A stretch of 64,000 nt of DNA from NCBI GenBank assembly GCA_003427395.1, contig BFEA01000036.1:682610-746609 (forward strand). Direction: 5' to 3'. Position 1 is the stretch's first letter; each line of letters starts with the position of its first letter. The translations under genes and the position numbers were made by a program. The notes beneath the pieces were generated by a model. That model was not told the origin of the DNA, did not search any database, and was given only the letters and a program-made list of their open reading frames with translations. Positions 1-11,319 of the stretch are shown here, piece by piece. Origin of the DNA: Chara braunii. Lineage: Eukaryota > Plantae > Charophyceae.

Positions 1-1982
1 CAGGAAATAGAGGAAGTGGGTATCAAGGTGGAAACTGGGGACAGTTCCAAGGGGGTGGGAATCCGGTAGGGCAAGAATACCAGCAGGGGTATGGTCGTGG
101 TTACGACCAAGGCTATGGAAGGGGGTTTGGTAGAGGAAATGGGTCATGGAACGGACAGGGTTTTGGCAGAGGATGGATAGACTACAGCGAATGCATTTGT
201 ACCCACTGTGGAATCAAAGGGCACACAGTAAAGCGATGCCACGTCAGGAAACTTAACGAGCGCGATGGACTCATAACATCAAACATAGATGGCGAGGTGT
301 TTGACAGAACAGGAAGGCCGATCGATCCTGAGATTCCGGGAGGCACTAGAGAAGAGGCCCTTCGCATAGCCGCGCTGGGTTCCAACGCGCCGAAAATGTT
401 CAGAATGTGGCAAGAAAATGGAGGACCATAAGAAAAATTGAACCGAATGGGGATCGAAGGAAGCAAGGAAGACGTACCCCTCGTGGAAGAAGAAGCAGAA
501 GAGGATGACGTTAGGATTACCGTCAGGGACACGTTTGATAGGATGGAAGATCTGGTGAATAAAATGCAAAGGCTGCATTTGAGACTTCAAGGGATATGTG
601 AAGAAGCGGGGAAAGAAGGGGCTGGGTGCCCGAAAGTATTTACCAGGGGACGTGGAGGATCAGGAGATGGGCCAAATGAGCCCAACCCAAGAATGTTGAG
701 GGCCAACGTGACCGCAAAGAACAGTGGGGGTCAAAGAAGCGTAAGAGGAACAATTCCGTTCGCTACAAGAAGACCCGCAGGAGGGAATCCTCAAAAGGAA
801 CAAGCCCAGGCTTCCCAGCCAGCAGAAGAAGAACCACCTATCACGGTAGAGGGTGATGAGGATGAGGATGAGAAGATTAGGGAGGAAGAAGAAAGGCAGG
901 TGGAGATAAGGGCTAAGAGAAGGAAAGACGAAGCTAAGGAAAGAAGATCAAAAAGGGATACGGGACCAAGCAAGAAGAGAAAGTACCAAACCTCGATCGA
1001 AGAAGGGGTGGATCTAGAAGGCCTGGTGAATAAACTACTGGAGGGGCACAATGAACTATTAAACCTGAAAGAAATCCTCGCTTCAGCTCCTAAGTTAAAA
1101 GAGATGGTGAAGGTTAGGTTATCACGCCTGAGAGTAGCCTCGGTCCGGATGAGGGATTTGATTCCCAAAGAGGCAAACTGGAGCGTGGCAGAAAGTTAAA
1201 TGGACTGGAAATTTGAAGGCACAGGGTCCATTGATGTTATGATAAAGGGAAAGATGTGTTCTGGAATGGTTGATACCGGGGCAGAAATGAATATTGTAAA
1301 TGGAGAAACCGCGGTAAAATTAGGGTTGGAGGTGGATGAGAATGATTGCCGGTTCCTCAACGGAGCCAGCGGCAAGACCGGATACACCGGTGTCACATCA
1401 AATGTGGTCATAGAAATAAGAAGAGTCAAGGTACGTACGTGCTTCTATGTCATGCCCAGCTTGGACCTTCCAATATTGCTGGGAAGGTCATTCCTGTGCA
1501 TATCTGAATCACTCATTATGAACAAACATGACGAGACTTTGTTCGTCATCTTGTGCGATCCTGCCTGTGGGAACTTCGAGGTTATCACCTGTAGGAACAC
1601 AGGTCCACACAGCTCGAAGAACAGACTCAATGCAGGATCTTACACGTTCGAGGAATCTGAGAATAGAAGGAGAGAATTGGAATGGGAAGAAAAAGAAGAG
1701 GAATCAGATGATGAAGAAGCCAAAAGACTTGTATTAAGTCTAACAAATATCAGTGACGCAGTGGAACTGGTATCGGCTTATAAGATGGCTGATCCAGACG
1801 CAGTCAGGGCACTCGCAGAAAGGATCCAAGACGATCCAGAAGGGGGAAGAGTCGATCTCGTTTACCGGCCACCTCCTTCTACTCAGATGATAGTGCCGCA
1901 TCCGCCAAAAGCTCAAGCTGCCGGCCAGCATTTTTTAGGGGTGGGCTCAAGCAGGGCTCCAAAAGGAGGTACAAGACGGTAG
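1..1982 (+). pseudogene. gag-pro: gag (C-terminal part) plus aspartic protease of element A
   Basis: CTHCGIKGHTVKRC zinc knuckle at ~198-239. Protease MVDTGAEMNIV...ILLGRSF in ORF 1200-1982. ORFs 438 and 1200 share a frame and are split by a stop where B has Lys. Confidence 0.92.
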
Positions 1983-4900
1983 ATAAGAAGAGTCACCCTG
2001 TGCCAGTTCTAGTAAGTCAAGAAGAAGGGGTGTATTATGATCAGGAAAGAGAACTGATACAGCGAATGAGGGAAGGCATCCAGAACGGGTCTTGTCGTAT
2101 CAACGATGAGACTGAGAAAAAACTGATAATAGGGGAACCTGGCTTTCTGACAAGGCAAGCGGAGGACTTGGTAAAAGAACTTATACGTGAAAAACATGGG
2201 GCATATGCCTTCAACGATGATCAACGTGGGAGGCTGGATGTGGACAAGATAAAAATGATCCGCATTCATACTGTACCTCATGAGCCATGGAATGTCCGAG
2301 GGGCTAAGTATCCCAACCCTGAGGATCGCAGAAGGGTGGTAGAATATCTAGATGGGAAGATCCGCACGGATGTGGCGGGGTACTCCAGTGGACCATATGC
2401 CTCTCCCTGGTTCTGTTTTGTAAAGCCAAATGGAGTTCTCAGATGGGTGCAAGACCTCCAACGACTGAACGCAGTAACTGTAAGGGATGTAAGGGGTCTG
2501 CCCAATGCGGACCAGTTATCAGAAGTTTGTGCAGGTAGGTCGATTGTGTCCCTCATCGACCTCTACTCTTGATATGATCAGTTTCCAGTCTATCCAGCAG
2601 ACCGCCCCATCACGGCGATGCACACGCCAAGGGGATTAGTCCATATGAATGTTGCGCCGCAAGGATGGACCAATGCTGTAGCCATGGTGCAACGAAGCAT
2701 GATCAGGGTAATGCAGCCAATCAGCCCTCAGATCACCGAGCCATACATAGACGATCTTGCTGTCAAAGGCCCAATAGAGAAGAATGAGTCCGAAGTGGCT
2801 CCAGGGGTGAGAAAGTTTGTGTGGGAACATGTTCAAGGGTTAAGAGGAGTCTTATCTNTACTAGAAGAGTACAACCTCACCGNCAGTGGTGTGAAGTCAA
2901 GACACTGCGTGAAAGAGNTAACCATTCTGGGATACATTTGCAANGAGCATNGTCGGCGCCCTGATAAGAAGAAGNCCAATAAAATCCTNGAATGNCCTAC
3001 TCCTTTCAGAAATGTGGGTGAAGTCCGAAGTTTTCTTGGTACCTGTGGGTTCTGGAGAAGATTCATAGAGAGATTTGCTAGTAAAACAGAGCATCTAAGG
3101 AAGCTAGTCCGGAAGGATCAAGAATGGGAATGGGGAAACCATCAAGAGGAAGTGGTGGAGGAATTGAAGAAGGAGTTTAGAGAGGGAGGTCTGGTACTAG
3201 GGGTACGAGACTTTGATGCAACTATGGAAAAACCCTTCATAGTTGAGACTGACGCTGGACTAACCGCCCTGGGGGGCGTCTTGATTCAGGCAGACAGCGG
3301 AGGAAAGGAGATGCCGTTGAGGTTTGAAAGCAAGACACTGAACTCAACCGAGAGGAACTACTCGCAGTTTAAAAAGGAAGCTTTGGCGGTCCTGCACTGC
3401 CTAAGGATCTTTAGGCACTACCTCTTTGGGAGGAGGTTTGTACTTAGGATCGATCCTACGACACTTGTGTACTCACTCAAGAATTTCTCGCCCTCAGATT
3501 CGACCATAGCCAGATGACTCACCTATATCTGGATGTTCGACTTCCAGTTAGAGCGGATCCCTGAAAACAAGAACAGGGCGGACGACATGAGCAGAATTGA
3601 GTGGGGAAATCAGGGAGAAGCTAATGCAGAGACGCCTCCAGTAGACGGGTTTTTGGACGAAGGGGAAGACATGCGAACTCACGTAAACTGTTGGTTCATG
3701 TTTGTCGAGAGTAAGGAAATGAGGAGAGGAAATCCGATGTGGCATCCGCCTCCCGAATTTATGAGAGAGTCTTCCCTGATACTCACACCATTAGAGGAAG
3801 AGGACTCTTGGGGCGAAAGAAACACGGAATGGATGATGGAGCTGGCTCTGGCAGAGAACTATAGGATAATGGATGAACCGCGAACGATCGAAGCGGGAGT
3901 CCAACAGACTGACGAACAGGTAGCCATGATGGGAAGAATGCACTACCTGACAAATTCACTGTTACAAGTCCAAGCGAATGATGAAAGAGGAATAGTGAAG
4001 GCCGATAAAATAATTATTGGGGATGATTACGAGTTTGATGAAGAGAAGGAAGGAGAGTTTGAACAAGAAGAAATTTCAGAAAAATTCAGGGAAAAAGAGT
4101 ATGATGGGTTCTATTTAGAAATGAGGTTGCTCCTCTCAGGAGATAAAAGAGAGAGAGAAGTAAGTGAAAAGACTCTCAGGATGAGAGACCACTATGTGGT
4201 AAGGGGTGACCACTTGTTTATCACGGATAAGAGGGGGCCGCCGCGACGTGTCGTATGTGGGAGGAATCGTCAGATTGACATAGTAGTTGCATTGCACGAT
4301 GGGATAGTCGGGGGACATCGGAGTTTCGCGGCTACTTACAAAAAGGCGATGGAGCTCTACTACTGGGAAGGGATGTTTGAGATGACGCGAAAATACTGTG
4401 AGTCGTGTGTACCCTGTCAAATTCGATCGCCTATCAGGTACAAGGAACCCCTGCATCCTAGATATATCAAGGAAGTAGGGGCGGTTGTTCACCTGGATCT
4501 ACTGGCTATGCCACTAGGTATTGGAGGATATAACTATATATTCGACGCAAGGGACAACCTTACAGGATTCGTTGATGGCAGAGCGATCAAGAACAAGACC
4601 GGGGCAACGCTGACGGATTGTATTAAAGAATATTATCTCAGATATCCTTTCGTATTGGAATTCACGATGGATAGGGGGTCAGAGTTCACGTGCGGGGAAG
4701 TGAAGGAACTGCTGAAGGAATAAGGGATCTATGGTAACTATACGACTAGGGCTCATCCACAGGCGAATGTTCCAGTCGAGAGAGGCCATAGCACAATTAC
4801 TAACTTGTTGGCCAAATGGACCAGTGGGAAGCCGAATCTCTGGCCAAAGTTCTTAAGAACAGTGTTCTTTATGGAGAACATCACTGTAAAGAGAACGACT

Positions 4901-5377
4901 GGGTATGCACCTGCGACACTCTGGTATGGGCGTCACGCCACATTTCCTATTGAAAACTTTCTGAAAACATGGTGCAGACAGGACCTGGAAAATAACTTGA
5001 CTTTGGAGGAACTGCTAGATCTAAGGGCAAGGCAGATCAGCGCCACGGAAGAAAGGGTGCAGGAAGCGGCCATGAACGTTGCGGACAGCAGGGGAAAGGA
5101 TAAAGAAAGATGGGACAAGCTACCTAGAGTAAGACTCGAACCTCTGCAAGTTGGCGAGACAGTACTACTCTACGATTCCTCTATGGAAATGCAGTGGTCG
5201 CGAAAATTGGACAAACGGTGACTGAGACCATTCAGAGTCAGGAAGCAGGGACTTCATGGGGCATATGAGCTAGAAGAGATGGATAGGACTCCAAGGAAAG
5301 ACTGGGTCTCAGGATCTAGACTAAAGAAGTTCCGAATCAGAGAAGAGGTAAGCTCAGCTACGATACAAAAACTTTGA
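1934..5377 (+). pseudogene. pol: pol of element A (RT, RNase H, integrase)
   Basis: RT YASPWFCFVKPNG/QDLQRLN/PYIDD; RNase H VETDA...ERNYSQFKKE; INT LHDGIVGGH..CVPC, VHLDL, MDRGSEF. ORFs 2000, 2618, 3533 and 4805 are all in one frame, broken only by stops. Confidence 0.95.
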
Positions 5378-5757
5378 TAGATTGGGAAAGTATTTAGGCA
5401 TGCATATGTGTATCAGTTTCTATGCAGATATGTACCAAACTGCCCAAGAATATGATCATACATATATGGATACATGCATGCATATATATATATATATGTG
5501 TGTGTGTGTATGTGTACATAAATGGATGCAGAAGCGTATAAGTGGGGAATATGTGTGGGTATATATGCTCACGTATGTATATATGCATATATATATATAT
5601 ATGAAATATATATATATATATATATGTATATGTGTATATGCGCGTGTATGTAAGTGTTTGATAAAGGAGGGCATTGTCAACTTGTGTTTAACAAGGGATG
5701 TTGCCTTAGTGATAATCTGACCCTCATACCCGTCATTTGCTCCTTCTTTGTGTGCAG
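5348..5757 (+). other. Putative intron / splice acceptor upstream of the extra ORF, containing (TA)n/(TG)n tracts
   Basis: GAG|GTAAGC at 5348, CTGAC branch-like motif at 5717, pyrimidine tract and TGCAG| ending at 5757, gccATGg at 5784. Confidence 0.55.
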
Positions 5758-5783
5758 GCGTGACCCTTGGAAAAGAAGAGGCC

Positions 5784-7553
5784 ATGGCGCAGAGCGGAGC
5801 AGAGGCAGGGCCCTCTAGACCTACCTTGAGAAAGGGGGGGCAGAGGAGGGAACAGAGAATCTCAAGGAACTTGGAGGAGTTGCCCATTTACAGGGTTGGA
5901 GACAGTCTGCGAGCTTTCCTGCGAGACCTTGAAGAGTACGCTTTCAGGAGAGAATGGGGTAACAGGGAAAAAATTGCGAATGTGAGAGGAGCAGAAATGT
6001 ACAAGAGGAGGAATGAAGGAGTGGTGGCAGGTTGCACAAGATGGAGAGTATGCAAGGAGAGACTATGGAGAGACATGGGGGAATTTCCAAGGGATGATGT
6101 GGAGAATGACTTGAGGTTCGATGGGACCAATCTGGAGGACTTTGTTGAGAGCTTGCAGCTGGCCGTTGAGAGGGGCGAATGGAGCGAGGAGGAAAAGAGG
6201 AAGCAGTTGATCACAAAATCAGATAAAGGCGAAAAGGAGGAAGTAAGAGGAATTGTGGAAGGGAGTCGAACCTGGAAAAGGATAACGGCAGAATTGTGGA
6301 TAGCCTTCACTCAGGCCAGGCAAGATCAGACAAGAAAGGAAAAACTGCAAAAGAAGGGGCTATGGATTGGAAGAGAGATGACTGAGCCACAGGGGAAGGA
6401 GGAAGAGAATGAATAAGAGGATAATGTACCTCTAAAGAAGTTGAAGAACAAGGCGAGGATCTCCCCCAAGAGCAGCAGCAAGGAATCTGATCAGGCTGAG
6501 GGAGATGAACAAGAAGAGGAGGAGGCAACAGAGGAGAGGAAAAGAAGCATGGGGGCCAGTATGGTACCAAGGAAGAAAAAACTTGGAAAGAGAAGGGCGA
6601 TTGAGAGTGGAAGAAGAGAGGTACAAGAAAGGGTGAGTGAAAAAGGGGAAGGAGTATAAAAAGCTGAGGAATGAAAGAAGGTCCAGGGAGAAGGCAAGGC
6701 TCCCAAAGTCAAGAGAACTGAGGGAAAGAGGCCGATTGGGAACAAGGAAGAGACAAGTGAGATAGGAGAGAAGGAAGATGAGAAGGATGACCAGGTAGAG
6801 AAGTTGATGAGAGATCTGGAAGAAATAAGGAAGGAAGTAAGGGAATTGACGAAAAAGAAGGAGAAATTGCAAAAAGAAATGAGCCAATTAAGGGCCTCCC
6901 TGAATGTGCAAAGCAGAGAACTGAAAAATGAAGTGGCCACAAGAGCTAAGATGAAAATAAGGGTGGATGGTCTGGTTTCTGAGGTCAGTGTGCTAGGGCA
7001 GGACTTCGACAATGAAATCTCAGAAAGAAAGAAGTTGGAACAAGAGTGGGAGAAAAGATGGGAAGAGATATTGAGAAGAATGAAAAAATCTAGATTGAGC
7101 CAAGAGGGGAAAGAGAAGGAAGCCACAGAGATGGTAGGAAGAAAAGAGGGTGAAGTGAAAGGGGCACAGACTGAGGAGAAGAAAGAAGAGTCTCCTGCAC
7201 CCGAAAAGAAAAAATGTGAGAGTGTGGCTATGCCTCTGCCAGTACAAGGTAAAAGGCAAAGGGAATCTCAGTTGGACTCACGAAAGGTGGCTAAAGATCA
7301 GGCTGAGACTTCAATCCAGCCAGACATAAAGAAAATCAAGCCTAGCATGGTTGGACAAAGATGTTTCTTCTGCGCTCAGGAAAGGCACCTCAGAGATGAG
7401 TGTTTCATTCTAACAATTTATATCAAGGAAGGAAAAACCAAATATCATAGTCATAAGAGATTGGTGGATGGTATAGGGCAGACCATTCCCAGGATACCTG
7501 AGGGAGGCAGGGTAACACTTCACAGGATACAGGGACTACCAGTTGATTTCTAG
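5784..7553 (+). pseudogene. Extra ORF in env position: Gag-like protein with capsid-like region, coiled coil and CCHC zinc knuckle
   Basis: ORFs 5748, 6441 and 6804 share a frame. LRFDGTNLEDF..GEWSEEEK..W aligns by eye with B Gag PLFDGNHASSW..NEWTDEKM..W. Heptad-rich 6804-7100. CFFCAQERHLRDEC knuckle. Confidence 0.75.
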
Positions 7554-8928
7554 GAAGAAATAGGTCGATGTTTTGAGTAAACTATGACTTGAATTGGCTT
7601 AAAAAGACAGCTATGAGAGAGAGAAATGTGAAAATTAGAGCACGGGGATGTGTATTTTCTTCTTCAGTAGGACATGAGAGACAAGAATGAAACAAGTTGT
7701 GTGCTTTTCTTCAGTCAGATGAGGAAACTTAGCATAGGAAGTAATATAGGAAATGACATGAGCAATGTTTGAGGGATAGTATAGGGGAATGGCGATCTGA
7801 CTCTGTGACCTACTTGTATCTATATATATTATTCAGGGGAATGAGCTGGTGAACATGACACACTTGTCACATTGTGTGTGGGCCTTTGTCTTTGGTTGAG
7901 TCTCTGATAACCAAAGATCTCTCTTCGTCTATCACTACTAAGACTCTGCTGAGACCTAAAGAGATGATAAAGGAATGAGCGGATTTGTATCTCATGTGAA
8001 AGTTTGATGAGTTTATGAAGCTTCAAAACCTGGATTGATTGTACATTTCTTGTTTGAAACCATGCTACGACATGGGTAGACTCCTTTGAGTCTTATCATT
8101 TCTGTTGCAGAAATTCTTTTCGAAAATCTCTATGAAAGTGATGTTTTATTTTTGTGGATTCTGACAAACAAAGAGTCAATAAAAGTCTATTTTAAAAATA
8201 ATGGTTATATATATATATATATATATAATAATGGTTATATATATACAAAATAACCCCGAGGTGCGTGCTTCACCGAGCTATGATCAAAGACTTGGAGGGC
8301 ACAACCCTGAGTGGCAGCCTGATGAATGCTCAATTATTGAAAATCTTATTTATTTGGTTTATTTAAAAAACATCGTTCATCCACCTCAAGGGTTAACCTG
8401 AGGGCATAAATTACCAAGCATATTGTAGAAAATTCGCATCGTTGGGACGTAACTCCCAGCGTGGGCTGCTGACCTAGCATAACCGGGCAGCGGACCCTTC
8501 GACTATGGCCTAGAAGAGAAACTAGAGGGGTGACCACCCCAATGAACGGGTCTATTCAGGTGGATGTCGAAGGAGTCGAGATTAGAAAAATTTGAAAGAT
8601 AAGTTGAATATCCCCTCGTTGCGCAACCAACGAGGGTAACCACCGATAAGCAACAACGCGGTGGGCCGCAGCTCCGGCCTGATCAGCAGGAATGTGGTGG
8701 GTCGAGATGGAGACCGTTGTCCTCCTGTGTTAGGTTTCGGGCAGGACGACAGACAACTTTGGATTGTGATATCGAGAGTTGAATACCCAAGGTCTCGGTT
8801 AGGACCCGCGTTTGACAGGTTGAGTTCGTACGCGAGCACCGACCCTGAAAACAACCAACGAATACCTGGACCAAAGACTAAGGGTGTGGGGCAAGGAAAG
8901 ATGCGTTGTAATACTTAACTATTTCATG

Positions 8929-9006
8929 TACTGTAGTACGGATCAAGTATCCCCACTTTCAGTCATTATATTTTATGTGGGAGACTCGGATTAAATCCCG
9001 ACAGTA
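8929..9006 (+). ncRNA. tRNA-Asp-like cloverleaf in 3' UTR of element A (not a functional tRNA)
   Basis: TACTG/CAGTA acceptor stem, GTAC/GTAT D stem, CCCAC/GTGGG anticodon stem with 20-nt loop, TCGG-ATTAAATC-CCGA T arm. Confidence 0.65.
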
Positions 9007-9116
9007 ATAATGAAAAGTAAGGTGACGACGTCCTTCCTAAGAACCACATTTCATTCCAGGGTTCGGATTTGATGATTTGCTTGTCGGAAAACCACCTTTA
9101 TTTGCATATAGTCTCC

Positions 9117-9153
9117 AAGCGACAGGGACATCGCTTAATGAGGTTTGGGATAC
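9117..9153 (+). promoter_or_regulatory. Pre-LTR hairpin and degenerate polypurine tract of element A
   Basis: AAGCGA-cagggaca-TCGCTT-AATGAGG..GGGA, homologous to 63499-63537, immediately before TGTCGG. Confidence 0.75.
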
Positions 9154-9876
9154 TGTCGGACAAAATACCCTTACAAGGGTATTTTGCCATGTCTTTGCAT
9201 TCGACACGATGGGGGCGTCAGCTACCATGACGTAGCTAGTCCGGAAACAAGAGGGGTGTGCACGCTTGGCGTGACACTGGAAGCGAAATCCTCGACCACT
9301 GAGGCCAGGAAAAAAAAAAAAAAAAAAAAAAAATCGGTAAGAAAATTTCGTTAAGAATGCACGCGCGTTATTATGACACGCGCCGTGGTGAGTAAAATCA
9401 GTAGTAATACCCCTCAACAGAAGAGGTCGAAGGGTCGGTTGGGTTGATGATTATGTCAGGTAGGTCTATGACACGCACTGAGACTTGGTCCAGTGCCTGT
9501 CTTCCTGCTGGTACTAGGTGTTCTAAAAATTTCAGTCTTTGTCTTCCCCTCCTCGGCCTCCGGGTCGAGTATCCGCCACATCTACTTCTACATGGTGTGG
9601 TACCAGCATGCCCACCACTTTAATATCGGCCCTGCCGCAACCAGCGATGCCGCAACCATCGATGCGGCAACCATGACTGAGTACTGACCCTTGGGACGTT
9701 CCGTTGAAATACATACCCTTGCGGGTCACACAAGCGCCCAAGGCGGCGGGCATTCAAATAGGCACGCAAATTATCAAGCATGCACGTTAGCGCGGGCTAG
9801 AACGGGCTCAGGCCGTTGGTTGGACTGAGCCGCGTTACTTTATATATACCAGAGCTACTCCCTTTCTAATCGAAGT

Positions 9877-9965
9877 GGGAGCTAGCTCAGTAGGTTTCAG
9901 TACAGGGTTGATATGCGGGGGACCTAGGGATCAAGGCCCGCCACCCTCCGAGCTAGCTCCCTTTT
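9877..9965 (+). ncRNA. Putative Pol III-type hairpin RNA cassette in LTR A
   Basis: TATATATA about 30 bp upstream; A box TAGCTCAGTAGG (9883); B box GGATCAAGGCC (9928); 12-bp terminal stem; TTTT. Confidence 0.6.
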
Positions 9966-10546
9966 GACAGGGAGCTCTACTTTTCGTTTTGCCTAGGTTT
10001 GAACGGCTGGGGCTCGAACCCGCGACCTCTATCGGAAGTAGTAGTGGTAGTTGCCTCGTTGAAACGAGATACTGCCTTGGCAGTTAGTGAAACCCTTAAT
10101 GGATTCATTCATTCTTTTCTTTCTTATTAATTATTTTATTTAGGGGGTTAGATTCGTTTTTCTTTTGTTTAATTAGTTATTATTCGTTTCCTCCTTACTC
10201 GTAACCTCCACTCCCCTGATTCGTGCGAATGGAACTGTACCCGAAAGACGGGCTGATTCATCCGAAAAGGGAAAAGGGGCCTGGCATCCCTACCGCACCG
10301 CGACTACCTATAGCACAAGGGTCCCTTCGTAGGAGAAAGAGCAAGCCACCGCGAGATCTCGCAGAGGCAAGATCGGGAAGTCAACCGCACGGGAGCTGGG
10401 GAGAACGCGGAGAGGCGGTGGAACGCGAGGAAAGACGGGAGAGGCAACTCGTAAGGAGAGAAAAACCTCGAGAGAGAAGGGTGGGGAAAGTGAAGAAAGG
10501 AGAAGGCAGTCACGCATGAGAGAGAAGGAGAAGAAAGACAGAAGGA

Positions 10547-10677
10547 GAGAAGGGAAGAAAAGAAGGAGGAGGAGAAGGAGAGAAGAGTTGGAAAGGAAAG
10601 GCTTACCTGGCNGAGAAGGGAAGAAAAGAAGGAGGAGGAGAAGGAGAGAAGAGTTGGAAAGGAAAGGCTTACCTGGC
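10547..10677. repeat. 66-bp tandem duplication (purine-rich)
   Basis: GAGAAGGGAAGAAAAG...GGCTTACCTGGC occurs twice. Confidence 0.85.
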
Positions 10678-11319
10678 ATTGCAGACGACGACGACGAGCT
10701 AAGTACTACTGGTGCAGACGAGGACGACAACGCAGACTGACCCGACGATGACGACGGAGCAAGAGAGTGAGAACGAAAGTAAGTCTTCGATCTCGCGACT
10801 CACACCCCGGCACCATCAGCAACGAAAATGAAAATAAATAAATAAATAAATAAAATAAATAAGCAAATAAATAAAATAAAAGTGAATGAATCTAACGCAT
10901 TAACAAGGTTAGATTCATTCACTACGATACATGTGTGTGTGTGTGTGTGTGTATGTGTGTGTGAAGTGGGGGCGTGAGTGTTCCACCCCGCGGCACACCT
11001 CACGGTACTTGCAACGATAGATGAGCAAAATTGAATGAATCTTCCGCTGGAACATGGAAATATACATACTACGTGTGTGTGTGTGTGTGTGTGTGTGAGT
11101 GTGTGAGATAGATGAAAGATAGGGAGAGATGAGGAAGAAAGAAAGAAAAAGTAACTTACATGGTAGGAACGCCTGCGCCATCTGCAATCGGAGAGAGATG
11201 TGAGAGAAAGAGAGAGATTGGGTTGAGGTCAGAGGTACTTACAGTAGCGAAGCTGCTCCAGCTTCGTCTTCGAGGTACCGGAGCATGCGCCAACTTCAAA
11301 GGTTAGTATCTGGCTCGTG

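Noticed and set aside
1197-1202. Stop-start TAAATG between gag and protease as a readthrough or reinitiation signal
   Set aside because: Element B has Lys-Met here in an open frame, so it is best read as a nonsense mutation.
8929-9006. Functional intron-containing tRNA gene
   Set aside because: The acceptor stem is only 5 bp, the B box is broken, and there is no canonical anticodon loop.
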